In this document: piece after piece, positions 40,585-50,398 of the stretch
Layout of the letters: every line of letters begins with the position of its first letter
Position numbering within the stretch: position 1 is the first letter of the stretch
Source: Bacteroidota bacterium
Lineage (GTDB): Bacteria; Bacteroidota; Bacteroidia; Chitinophagales; CAMDFR01
Direction of reading: 5' to 3'
Length of the DNA: 64,000 nt
NCBI GenBank assembly: GCA_037130135.1
Contig: JBAXTO010000001.1
Location: 147,813 to 211,812, forward strand
Notes under the pieces: generated by a model
Seen by the model: the letters and a program-made list of their open reading frames with translations, nothing else
Told to the model about the DNA's origin: nothing
Databases searched by the model: none
Position numbers and translations under genes: made by a program

Positions 40585-40693
40585 TAAAAAACCAAAAGGA
40601 AACGGAATAAGTCCCGAAGGGTGAAAGGCAAATACCAATAAAAAATAAAAGATTATTTGCCTTTCATTATGCCGTAGTCTTTTGGTTTTTTTA
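40585..40693. repeat. Long stem-loop repeat, copy 2
   Basis: Same outer arms as copy 1; different loop with inner hairpin TGAAAGGCAAATA...TATTTGCCTTTCA. Confidence 0.8.
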
Positions 40694-41747
40694 TCAGCGT
40701 GGGCTTGTGTGAGCCACCTAATTTTGCTGCACTTTTTATTTTTATTTTTTTATCCTCTTTTCAAAACTGTATTCAGGATTTCAATAAAAATTCCATTGAT
40801 AAAAACCGATTGGCTTAAATCAAAATCAATAGTCAAAAAACGAAATGTCTTTAGTGCGTTGGATTGGGGCTATATGTCGCAGAAAAAATAAAGCATACCA
40901 TATTGTAGTAGCGTAGGGAAAAAGCAAGTGTATGACTGAATGGAATGTTGCAAAAAGTGCGGAGGTGCTTGGAGTGGCTTGTAGCTTTTGCTTGTGTGTA
41001 ATTGCGTTTTTTGTAAATTATTTCAACACAAAAAACATTGTAGCGTAGGAAAAGCAAAAGCCAAGACACGGAAAGCAAAGGGTTGGTTTTGCAATATGGA
41101 ATGAGGGAATACTCTTGCTGTGCGGTGCAAAATAAATGGTGAAATGAATGGAAGTGTAATGTAGTGGAAGGTAGTGTAGCGAAGCGAAACGCTGTAACGA
41201 AATGGAACTGGAATGAATGAACCTTTTATTGCACATTGCCATCAACAACTAATGCTTTATTTTTTTCTGCACCGCTGAAAAGGGTGGTTGGGGTGTGTGG
41301 CTTTGGGGGGCTGTGCGGGGGGAGAAAAGACGGCTTCCATTTTATCAAAATGGCTATGGTATTGGCTATTTAACATAATGTTATTATGTGACAGCCTGTG
41401 CGGTTGGATGCTTGCATAAGCGATGGCAAAAGGCTGTGCGTAGCGAACACATAATGCCACATTATGTTATTTAGCTTCAGGCAGTTTTTAAACTGGCATA
41501 AGCGGAACGGTGGTGGTGGTTGGAGTGTAGCGTTTTTTTGTTGCTATGCTGTGTGTTGGCTTGGCTCTTTGGCTGTGGAGCAAAGCGGAACAGGCAATGT
41601 GCCAAATGCTTGGGAAGCATAGCCACAAAAAATATGACAGTTAAAAACTGACTGCAATACCATAGAGTGCTTTGAAGCGTTTGCCTTGTGTGGTGGCAAA
41701 GCACTAAGCCGTCTTTTCTGTGCGGTGGGTCGGGGGGAGATGTGAAG

Positions 41748-42425
41748 TTATTTAGGTAGTGAATTGTTTAAAATAAAACCAAAAGCCTTTTCTAATGTCT
41801 TTTCTCCAATTCCATCATAATTTGCTAAAGCAATCATTGAATTTGCTTCTCCGTTTTGGATAATCTCAGATATTTTTCTTGCGTATTGAGGTTGTATGCC
41901 TGTTTCTATTTTAATTGTCTTTTCGTCTAATGATAACCATTTTGCTTTAAAAGAAGCAAACAAATCGTCTTGAGCATTTGGATCATAGTCATAAATTTCA
42001 ATATCAATTGAGCATTTATTCAAATACTGGTCCATTAGTAATCTAACTTCGTTTGTGTCTAAACCACCATTGTGTGTTCCAAGTAAAGGAAAAGCAATTG
42101 AAGTAATTCCTTTTATTTCGTAAGTATCTACAAACTTTTGTAACCCTTGTTCAATCCACTCCATCTTACTTGGATATTTCCAATGAAACTTTGTTGGAAA
42201 ACTTAAAATCCAAGGAGCATTTTCTTGTTTTGTATAAAGCCACAAAGAACCGGTTTTTATTAGTTTTTTATTACAATAGTCTTTGTATTCTTCATACATT
42301 TTTGGATAGCGAAGTCTATGCACAAAAGCAATTCCTTTACCCATTACACCAACACAATTTACTGTGTTTACAATGGTTTGACACTTACTATTAAATATAT
42401 TCCCTTTTATGTGCTTTACTGCCAT
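41748..42425 (-). CDS. Macrodomain ADP-ribosylglycohydrolase, DarG-like antitoxin
   Basis: GNIF, VNTVNCVGVMGKGIA, SFPTK.HW, SIAFP.LG..NGGL; C-terminal HhH-like GIGEKT. Confidence 0.85.
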   Translation of the reverse strand: MAVKHIKGNIFNSKCQTIVNTVNCVGVMGKGIAFVHRLRYPKMYEEYKDYCNKKLIKTGSLWLYTKQENAPWILSFPTKFHWKYPSKMEWIEQGLQKFVDTYEIKGITSIAFPLLGTHNGGLDTNEVRLLMDQYLNKCSIDIEIYDYDPNAQDDLFASFKAKWLSLDEKTIKIETGIQPQYARKISEIIQNGEANSMIALANYDGIGEKTLEKAFGFILNNSLPK

Positions 42426-42471
42426 TTTATTTCTCTATAATGTTATACAAATTTATAATTGAACATTGATT

Positions 42472-45400
42472 TTATTTCGCATAAACGAACCAACTTCTGC
42501 CTGATTCATCAATGAAATTCAAGTTAATTTTCTGATTTACATTTCCAAGTGATACATAAGAGTTAAAAACAATTTTGCCTTTATCTATTTTATTTACATC
42601 ACCAGAAAGTATCTCCATTTCACGCAGGTCAGATGTGCCATTCAAAACAAAATAACCGCTTCCTTTAAAGGATGTACTAATGTGCAATTCTGTTTCTTCC
42701 TCATCAATTCTTACTCTTGGATTTTCATTGTTGTAGTAACTGCTATCTACTACAATGTGTGTAAAAATATCCTTATGCTCACTTCCTATTAAATTTAAAA
42801 GTAAATCTCTGTCTGATGCAGACGGACACACTATTTCAAAATCACTCAGATCATTAAAAGAAAGCTCATCTTTAACTAAAAATTCTTGTTGAGCATAGTT
42901 TCTGTATCTATTGTAGTCTTCTTTTGTTGCATACTGTTGTGGGGTATAATACAAATCCTCAAAACCGAATTTATTTATCATTTTCGCTATACTACCAAAT
43001 TGCGTTGAACCAGTTTGCATATTTCCATTGCTGATACAACATTGCTCTTCATCTTTAAACAAAACTTCTTGAAGTGAAAATCTGAAAAAGATTGGGATAG
43101 GACATTTAGGGAATCCTAAACCTCTTGCTTTTTCATACCAAGAAACCCAGCCATAGTTTTTACTATCATAACCGTCTGATGTATTTTTTCCTAAAAATTC
43201 ATTATAAAACTGAGTTGGTGTATGCGGTCTGAAATAGAATCTGGCATAATCGTGAGCATCATTTCTCAAATGCACTACGTTACCAGCTGCATCACCCTTT
43301 ATAGTTGCTTTATTTCTGCTTTGTATTTTTCTGTTTTTAATTATTTCAACAGCATTGTCAATATGTGAAAAGTGATAGATGCTTCCTTTCCATTTAGACC
43401 ATTGTTGCTCAATTCTGTCAATAAAATTCAATGTTGAGGAATTATTTATTTCATTGTTAACATAATTGCCTAATAGTTCTTCAACTCGTTTATTGTTTTT
43501 AAGTGCTGTCCAATTCCAAAAGGGCTTAAACTCTTGAATAATTTCTACCGTAAAATCTATATTATTGTTAGATGAAATCAAATCCCATTCTAAATGGTCT
43601 TTGAATTGACTTAATACCTGGCTGTTTAATAGAAGTTTACCCGATTCACAAATAAAACGCCAATTCCATTTGTCTGCAAAACGTTCAATGAAAGCAATAT
43701 CAGTATAATTGATTTGGGGGTTTTCCGTAATGCTATGCCAATCCCATTTGTTTTCAAATTTGGCAAGTAGTTCTTTGGTTGGATTTAAACCAGAATGTTT
43801 TGAAAGGTATTCCCAATCTAAATCAAAATCTTTAGTTAGTGATAATAGCTCAATAGTTGGTACAAAAGATTTGTGCCGGGAAACTTTTTTCCAATTCCAA
43901 GGTTTTGATTTGGTTCTTTCAATAAATTCAGCATTAAATTCAATATTGGTATCATTGGATAAATATTCCCAATCCCAATCTTTATCTAATAATTGTAGAA
44001 ACGTCTCATTTGTAAAATCTATCTTTTTTCGTTGAGAGATAGCTTTCCAGTTCCAATTTTTGTTTTTAAGTTCAAGTATAAGTTCAATTGAAATTTCAGC
44101 TTTCTTATTTTCCGACAAAATTTGCCAATCCCAGTTTTTGTCTTTAGTAGAAAGAATCAAATCGCTATCAATAATGATGTCCTTCCTATTTGATAGTATT
44201 TCAAACTTAATTTTTGGAAACTGTTTTAAAATTTGTTCCAAATACTTTTCGTTGTCCCTTTTTTGCTGCAAAAGAAAACCACCAAACTCGGTTAAGTAAT
44301 CCCAATCCCAATTTTCACCTTTATACTTCTGTAATAGTAGTCTGTTGTAATTTATATTTCTGTTTTGAGATAAAACTTTCCAATCCCAGTTGTTGTCAAA
44401 TTTTTGCAGGTAGCGGTCAATATTGCTAAACCATTCTTTGCCACTATTCCAGCTTTTAGGATTAAATTTTTGTTGAATAGCATTGTTTTCAGATAAAACC
44501 GACCAGTTGATTTTCTCTTTGAATCGGTTTAATGTTCCAAAATCAGTAGGAAAATGTATGTGATTTGAGATATAAGCCCAATCCCATTCAAAAACATCAA
44601 ATTGGTAAGTTGCATTTACAATAGGGAACAAAATACTAAATGGATATTTTGTCGTAAGTAGATGCCAAATTAACTTTCGGTTTTCGGATTGTAAATGAGA
44701 TAATCTATAAGCTATTTTTAGTTCCTGATTTTCAAAAACTATTTCATCTCTATAAACTTCATTTATTAAATATTCCCAATCAATAAAAGTAGATAATACA
44801 TCTATGTTTTCAAGAATAGTTTCTTTGTCTAGTTTTCGGGTTGCAATTTTCCAATCCCACTTTTCAAACAAATCTATATCATCAAAACTATCAAGAATTG
44901 ACACTTCTGTGCTGTTCTCTGTAATGAATGTCCAATCCCAAGGAAAATGGCTGTTTGCAAAAATGTATACTTGTTCTTCTTTTTGTGTTAGAGAAACCCA
45001 AAACTGAGATTGTTTTTCGTTGTTTGTTGCATTGTTAAACGATTCTAAGTTTTTGTTCCAAAACGATACATCAAAAGTTGATTGCGATAAAATTTCTGAC
45101 CAGAGTAGATTGTTTGAAAAAGAAAACTCGCCAACAAAAGCACTTTCAATAAAAGGCAGGTTGTCTATTAGATTCTTGTTTTTTGATACTCCTTCCCAAT
45201 TCCAAGCAAAATCAGGAAATTCTTCAATCAAACTGTAATCTGAAATTTGTTTGCTTACATTTAAAAAGCCTGCCTCTGTTGTTATACGGCTATTATATTT
45301 TACAAAACTTGTATTATCCCATTCTACATTTTCGTTGGTATCAAAACCATTGATGTATGCTTTACTTTCCCATTGTATCAGATTTTGCTGTTCAAAGAAA

Positions 45401-46893
45401 TCAATTAGGCTTGTTGTCCAGAGATATTTTTGGTGAGCAACAACGAAGTTGTCGGGCAAATACTGTTTTAAGAGTGACTTAAAAGACTCTTCCTTCAAAC
45501 ATTTGGCAATTATCTCTGCGTTATTGAACAAGCGATATAAAACAATGTGCCAATCTAATTTACTTGCAAATGCTGAAATGTTTTTATGAAGAAAATTAAG
45601 ATTGATTTCTTCTGAAATAAATCGCCAATTCCAATTCTTTGAAATGAGAGTATCAAGTTTATCCTTGTATTTGATAAATATGTTTTTGAAAACTTCATTT
45701 TTACTAACCGTTATTTCGTAGAAATCCCAAGCGAAATCTTCAATGTGTTCTTCAATAAATTTATCAGGTAGATTTTTCGACAAATAATTCCAGTCCCAAT
45801 CACAGACTTTAAGAGCAGGAATAGAAAGTAGCGATATTACAAACTCTGTTTCTTTGTATGAAATTTCTTCAAAATCCCAATTGTAGTTTTCAATGTGTTC
45901 ATTTATGAAATTATTATCAAATCTCTCTGTTAACTTACTCCAGCTCCAATATTCTGGATAAAGATGAATTACTGATTTGATACTTTCAACAGGTGCTTTT
46001 TCGGAAATGTTACTCCAAACACTACCATCCCCATTTTCAAGAAATAGTTTGAAAACGTTTTTATCGTTCCAATCTGTTTTGGGATTCTCTGCAAGTTCTT
46101 TCCAATTCCATAAGTCAATATATGTTTCAATGTCTTTTACACTAATTGAATTATTCTCTGAAAGAATGTGATGATACATTCCTCTCCGTATCAACTTGCT
46201 TTTAAGTTCTTCATTTTCGGGCAAGTCAATTAGTAATTGAATATCGGGTTTGTTTATCCCTCCTTTGTAAATGGTAAGTTGAAATGAATTGTCAATTTCA
46301 AAAGGTTCACATTCTAATGAAATGCTCTTGTAACTAATGTATTGATCCGTTTGGTACAACTCAATAATTTCGCCTTTATAAATGTCGCTACCGAAAAGCT
46401 GTAATTGAAGTTTTTGCTTTAATTGAGGATTGTCAAATATTTCTTTTGTGATTTCTCTTTCGTGAGATAGACTATTTTCTATGTCGAACAGACTTTTGAA
46501 TGAAAAATCTAAACTTTCACCAGTGGCAGTTTGGTTTTCTAATAGTTCGGTTGCTGCAAAATAATACTTGTATTTTAATTTGCTTTGTAGAGCATCTTGA
46601 CCAAAATCAGTTAGAAGGATTACTTCTTTGTCTATTTCAATTAAATTATATTCTGTAAGCCCTTTCAGATAAATGTTGAATATATCTGTTTCTGCCAGGT
46701 CTTGTAAATTAAAACCTAATAGATGACATAATTCTGAAAATTCAATGTTATTCCCTTTCGCATTGATGATTGAACAAAATGTCTCGTCAATTACATTGAT
46801 GTCAAAAGCCTTTCTGTACCTTATTTTGTAAGAAGAAGATTTAACCGACCATTCAAATGGAAATGATGTATATGTTTTTTTAATGCTATCCAT
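42472..46893 (-). CDS. Trp-repeat protein with C-terminal DarT (DUF4433-like) ssDNA ADP-ribosyltransferase domain
   Basis: C-terminus YHFSHIDN, HDYARFYFRPHTPTQF, ISNGN, AQQEFLV (catalytic Glu position); centre has roughly 25-30 W[DN]WxxLS-type repeats. Confidence 0.8.
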   Translation of the reverse strand: MDSIKKTYTSFPFEWSVKSSSYKIRYRKAFDINVIDETFCSIINAKGNNIEFSELCHLLGFNLQDLAETDIFNIYLKGLTEYNLIEIDKEVILLTDFGQDALQSKLKYKYYFAATELLENQTATGESLDFSFKSLFDIENSLSHEREITKEIFDNPQLKQKLQLQLFGSDIYKGEIIELYQTDQYISYKSISLECEPFEIDNSFQLTIYKGGINKPDIQLLIDLPENEELKSKLIRRGMYHHILSENNSISVKDIETYIDLWNWKELAENPKTDWNDKNVFKLFLENGDGSVWSNISEKAPVESIKSVIHLYPEYWSWSKLTERFDNNFINEHIENYNWDFEEISYKETEFVISLLSIPALKVCDWDWNYLSKNLPDKFIEEHIEDFAWDFYEITVSKNEVFKNIFIKYKDKLDTLISKNWNWRFISEEINLNFLHKNISAFASKLDWHIVLYRLFNNAEIIAKCLKEESFKSLLKQYLPDNFVVAHQKYLWTTSLIDFFEQQNLIQWESKAYINGFDTNENVEWDNTSFVKYNSRITTEAGFLNVSKQISDYSLIEEFPDFAWNWEGVSKNKNLIDNLPFIESAFVGEFSFSNNLLWSEILSQSTFDVSFWNKNLESFNNATNNEKQSQFWVSLTQKEEQVYIFANSHFPWDWTFITENSTEVSILDSFDDIDLFEKWDWKIATRKLDKETILENIDVLSTFIDWEYLINEVYRDEIVFENQELKIAYRLSHLQSENRKLIWHLLTTKYPFSILFPIVNATYQFDVFEWDWAYISNHIHFPTDFGTLNRFKEKINWSVLSENNAIQQKFNPKSWNSGKEWFSNIDRYLQKFDNNWDWKVLSQNRNINYNRLLLQKYKGENWDWDYLTEFGGFLLQQKRDNEKYLEQILKQFPKIKFEILSNRKDIIIDSDLILSTKDKNWDWQILSENKKAEISIELILELKNKNWNWKAISQRKKIDFTNETFLQLLDKDWDWEYLSNDTNIEFNAEFIERTKSKPWNWKKVSRHKSFVPTIELLSLTKDFDLDWEYLSKHSGLNPTKELLAKFENKWDWHSITENPQINYTDIAFIERFADKWNWRFICESGKLLLNSQVLSQFKDHLEWDLISSNNNIDFTVEIIQEFKPFWNWTALKNNKRVEELLGNYVNNEINNSSTLNFIDRIEQQWSKWKGSIYHFSHIDNAVEIIKNRKIQSRNKATIKGDAAGNVVHLRNDAHDYARFYFRPHTPTQFYNEFLGKNTSDGYDSKNYGWVSWYEKARGLGFPKCPIPIFFRFSLQEVLFKDEEQCCISNGNMQTGSTQFGSIAKMINKFGFEDLYYTPQQYATKEDYNRYRNYAQQEFLVKDELSFNDLSDFEIVCPSASDRDLLLNLIGSEHKDIFTHIVVDSSYYNNENPRVRIDEEETELHISTSFKGSGYFVLNGTSDLREMEILSGDVNKIDKGKIVFNSYVSLGNVNQKINLNFIDESGRSWFVYAK

Positions 46894-49800
46894 TCTGTAC
46901 TACTGCTTTTTGTAATTCTTCGGCATTAATTATTTTTTGCATTTTGTCATATACATTATTATAAATTGGTTTTTGGCAAAAATGCTCACTGTTTCCAACT
47001 ACAATTAGCAAACGTTTTGCCCTTGATAAAGCAACATTTAATCGGTTGGGAGATTCAGCGAAACCTAAACTTACTTGTGCTGGATAACCCAAAACAGGGT
47101 ATAAGTTATAATCTGGTTGTTGTCCTTGAAAAGCTGCAATTTTATTGCTACGGACCATCGAAACAATAATGATGTTTCTTTCCATTCCTTGAAATCTATC
47201 AACAGTGCTTAATCGTATTAAATTTTCTTTGTCATTAATTTTCCCCTTCCCCTTATACAAGTCAGTATGATTTTGTACAAGCATTTGTTCTATATAATTT
47301 ATTTGTTTGCCATAGAAGCTAATAAGGCCGATTTGTTTTTCTTCTTGGGATTTATTGGAAAGCCATTTATCAAACTCACTTTTACCTTCGCTGTTTTTAA
47401 GTACTTGGAGAATTTTGTCAATCGCATCAATTTCTCCAAAATTGACTCTTGATGTACCTTCTTGGATTTCTGGAGTATTTACGTTTATCCAAATTGTATG
47501 CGTTTCGGGTGTAATGAGGTTTTCGTATTTTAAACCGTGATACCTTGAATCCCATTTGACAAATGAATTGTGATATGCTTCATCAGGCGGTAGACCACAT
47601 AACAATCCCTTTTCACTATCTTCTGTATAAAATTGTGCAATTACATCATTGATAGCAGGGTGCATTCGATACTGGGTATCAAAAGTTCCTTTTATGCTTT
47701 CATCAATATGAGTAAATAATCTTTCAAATTGTGATGTTTCAAATTCCTTCTGGGAAAGTGCTTTGGCTAATGCCTTTTCACCTATTGAAACAAGAATATC
47801 TTTGATTTCTTCACCGTCAATCATTGGCGGTAATTGTCTGTGGTCACCTACGATAATGGATTTCTTTCCATATAAAACAGGCAAAGCAAGTTCAGGTGGT
47901 GTCGCTTTACTTGCTTCATCCATAATAATAGTGTCAAAATTTATGTCTGTACGATTACAACTTTTAAAATCATTTTTTTCATAGCTTTCTTTATTGAAAA
48001 CATTTAGATATGAACGAAAAAAGGATGTCCATTTGTTTTCAGAATTTAATTTACCAATGGAACTACCGGTTGCCCCAATCAGATTTACATATTCTAAGTA
48101 TTTATCTGCAAATAGTTTTTTAGTATCGCTGGTTGGGTTCTGTAAATATGATTTCCAATTATTTAATGCAGAATTTATTTGTTCATCTTCTTGTTGTGTA
48201 ATACGATTTACAATATTGTCTACCCAATGAGAAACAGTATTATTTTGTGTTGCATTGCTTTTCTCCCAGTTCTTTATAGCCTCAAGTGAATAAAAATACC
48301 CTTCCGATTCTAAATTTTCTGTGTTTCCGAAACGAATGGGTTTTACAATGTTGTTTTGGTTGTTTTTTAATCTGTCAATGGCATTATCAACTGCAAGATT
48401 TGTTTCAGAAGTCAAAAGTATTTTTGTTTTCTTTTTCTCCTTTTGAGCCACTCTAATGTGTTGCCAAATTATTTCAGCTATTGCTGTTGATTTGCCAGTA
48501 CCAGGAGGACCTTGTATTAAAGCTAATTCTTCGGCATAAAGCGATTTGTAAATAGCTTGTCTTTGAGATTCATTCAATGATTCTGAAAAAAGATTGCTTT
48601 CAAACTCCTGCCACTCAACACTTGTTTTGTTTAATAAATACTCAATGTTTTCAATTTTTTTAGCCTTTGATGAGTCATATAGAAATACTTTAGCATTATC
48701 ATTAGGCAATCGAGATTTCTCATCGTCAAGTTTAAGAACTGTATCTTCTAATCGTTTTATTTTATCCTTTTCTCCTTTTAATTCTGGAAAAACTGCCTTT
48801 ATTTTTTCTTGACTGATGTTTTCTTCTACCTCTTGAAGTTTGTCTTCATCCACTTTAAAATATAAATCGGGATAATCTACTTTTTGTAATTTACCTAAAT
48901 AGAACTTCTCTTGGGTAGTTCCGAAATAAAAATCTTCCCTTAAAAGGTTTGACAACTTTTCTTCTTCTTGTTCAACTTTTAATTCAAAGTTTTCTTCACA
49001 AAGGTATTTTTCTTGAAAAGTGTCGTGTATAGTATAACTGAAATTTTCAGAGCCAGTAAAATAGTCGTCTAACTGATTTATTAATCTTGAAAGAACTTCT
49101 GTTTTATTCCCTGTTTGATAAAAGTGCCTGAATATTAGCTTCTCGCCATTTGAAATTAATTTTGTATTTAGGTCTGGAACAAAACTTTTCAAATTAGCCT
49201 GCAATTCTTGTAAGCCATTATCAAATTTTATATTGAATTTGTACTTGTGATTTTCTCCTCTGTCGTAAATTTCTAAGTAAGGAATAGACTTAATTTTATT
49301 TAACTTCTCATTTAGTTCGTCCTCTGTTTCAAAGTCAAAGTAAATAGCATCAAAAGTATTGTCAAGTCTAAATAAATCGCTTTCCTCTTTGGATTGAAAA
49401 TTAAGCTGAAATTGAGTTTGATTGCTTTCAAGAAAACTGTCATAAAATGCATTGTACTTTGCACCATTATCAAAGGAATAAAAAAATTTATACTCAATCT
49501 TATATTTGTTGTTTTGAAAGTTTGTATCGAGAATCCTTTGAATATCATACTTAGCATCATCAAAAGAGTTTTGACCAATTTTTTTCAGTTTTCTTTTCTC
49601 TAATCTTATCAATAAATGATTATCGAAAGTTTTATGTGGATGATAATTTGTGTTTTCTCTAAAAAATGTATTTGCTTCTTCTAAGGGGTCCTTGTCTTCA
49701 ATAATGTCAAATTTTATTAAGATCATTATTTGCTTTAAACTTAGATTCAAATTTGATTTTAGATATTCAAATACTTCATTGGGCAATTCTTCAGATGTAG

Positions 49801-50383
49801 CTAAATCATTATAATCCTCAAGAAAGAATTGTTTTCCAAATATTGTTTCAGTTATGAACTTTATGGAAGGCTTTATATTGAACCTAGCAGTTGCTTTTTT
49901 GCCAATTTTTATCCCTCTTATAGCAGTTGCTTTTTTCCATTCTTCTGTTGTTAAATGGAGTTGCCCTAATTTTATGAAATTTACAGTTGTTGGAAGCTCT
50001 CCAATAATGGCTTTTAATTCTTCTTTTGAATTGTTACTTGCAGCTGTGACTACACCCTCGATAACTGGATTATCGTTAAAGTCAATGTAACAGATTTCAG
50101 CTAACTCTTTTAGGTTGGTAAGCTGTTCCTCTTTGATATTTGTTGTATTATCAACGCTTGTTTGAATATACCCACTGGAAAAATCAAAGTCTTTGACTTT
50201 AAAAATTTGTTCAACTTCCTTTTTAAATACTTGTTTGAAAATTTCCTGGTCAATGGAAAGGTGCAGTTTCAAACCGTCCAACTGAACTGCTTTTGAGGTA
50301 TCAATTCCAATAGGTTTAGATTTATGCTCTAAAATTTTAGATTGTGCCGTAATATATTTTTTCCAAATTTCTCTCTGGTTCAT
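46886..50383 (-). CDS. SF1 helicase, Upf1/DNA2/NAM7-like (AAA_11/AAA_12), with long N-terminal extension
   Basis: QGPPGTGKS, SETNLAVDN, MDEASKA, VGDHRQLPP, QYRMHP, TVDRFQGMER, NRLNVALSRAK. Confidence 0.9.
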   Translation of the reverse strand: MNQREIWKKYITAQSKILEHKSKPIGIDTSKAVQLDGLKLHLSIDQEIFKQVFKKEVEQIFKVKDFDFSSGYIQTSVDNTTNIKEEQLTNLKELAEICYIDFNDNPVIEGVVTAASNNSKEELKAIIGELPTTVNFIKLGQLHLTTEEWKKATAIRGIKIGKKATARFNIKPSIKFITETIFGKQFFLEDYNDLATSEELPNEVFEYLKSNLNLSLKQIMILIKFDIIEDKDPLEEANTFFRENTNYHPHKTFDNHLLIRLEKRKLKKIGQNSFDDAKYDIQRILDTNFQNNKYKIEYKFFYSFDNGAKYNAFYDSFLESNQTQFQLNFQSKEESDLFRLDNTFDAIYFDFETEDELNEKLNKIKSIPYLEIYDRGENHKYKFNIKFDNGLQELQANLKSFVPDLNTKLISNGEKLIFRHFYQTGNKTEVLSRLINQLDDYFTGSENFSYTIHDTFQEKYLCEENFELKVEQEEEKLSNLLREDFYFGTTQEKFYLGKLQKVDYPDLYFKVDEDKLQEVEENISQEKIKAVFPELKGEKDKIKRLEDTVLKLDDEKSRLPNDNAKVFLYDSSKAKKIENIEYLLNKTSVEWQEFESNLFSESLNESQRQAIYKSLYAEELALIQGPPGTGKSTAIAEIIWQHIRVAQKEKKKTKILLTSETNLAVDNAIDRLKNNQNNIVKPIRFGNTENLESEGYFYSLEAIKNWEKSNATQNNTVSHWVDNIVNRITQQEDEQINSALNNWKSYLQNPTSDTKKLFADKYLEYVNLIGATGSSIGKLNSENKWTSFFRSYLNVFNKESYEKNDFKSCNRTDINFDTIIMDEASKATPPELALPVLYGKKSIIVGDHRQLPPMIDGEEIKDILVSIGEKALAKALSQKEFETSQFERLFTHIDESIKGTFDTQYRMHPAINDVIAQFYTEDSEKGLLCGLPPDEAYHNSFVKWDSRYHGLKYENLITPETHTIWINVNTPEIQEGTSRVNFGEIDAIDKILQVLKNSEGKSEFDKWLSNKSQEEKQIGLISFYGKQINYIEQMLVQNHTDLYKGKGKINDKENLIRLSTVDRFQGMERNIIIVSMVRSNKIAAFQGQQPDYNLYPVLGYPAQVSLGFAESPNRLNVALSRAKRLLIVVGNSEHFCQKPIYNNVYDKMQKIINAEELQKAVVQNG

Positions 50384-50398
50384 AAAAGCAATTATATT

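Noticed and set aside
39580-41704. Short ORFs 39580..39999, 39944..40246, 40682..40891, 40851..41078, 41018..41248, 41257..41460, 41477..41704
   Set aside because: Atypical composition, overlap with hairpins and repeats, and no recognisable motifs.
39585-41747. CRISPR array or hammerhead ribozymes in the structured region
   Set aside because: No regularly spaced identical repeats and no cas genes; the CTGAT motifs lack the CUGANGA core with properly paired stems.
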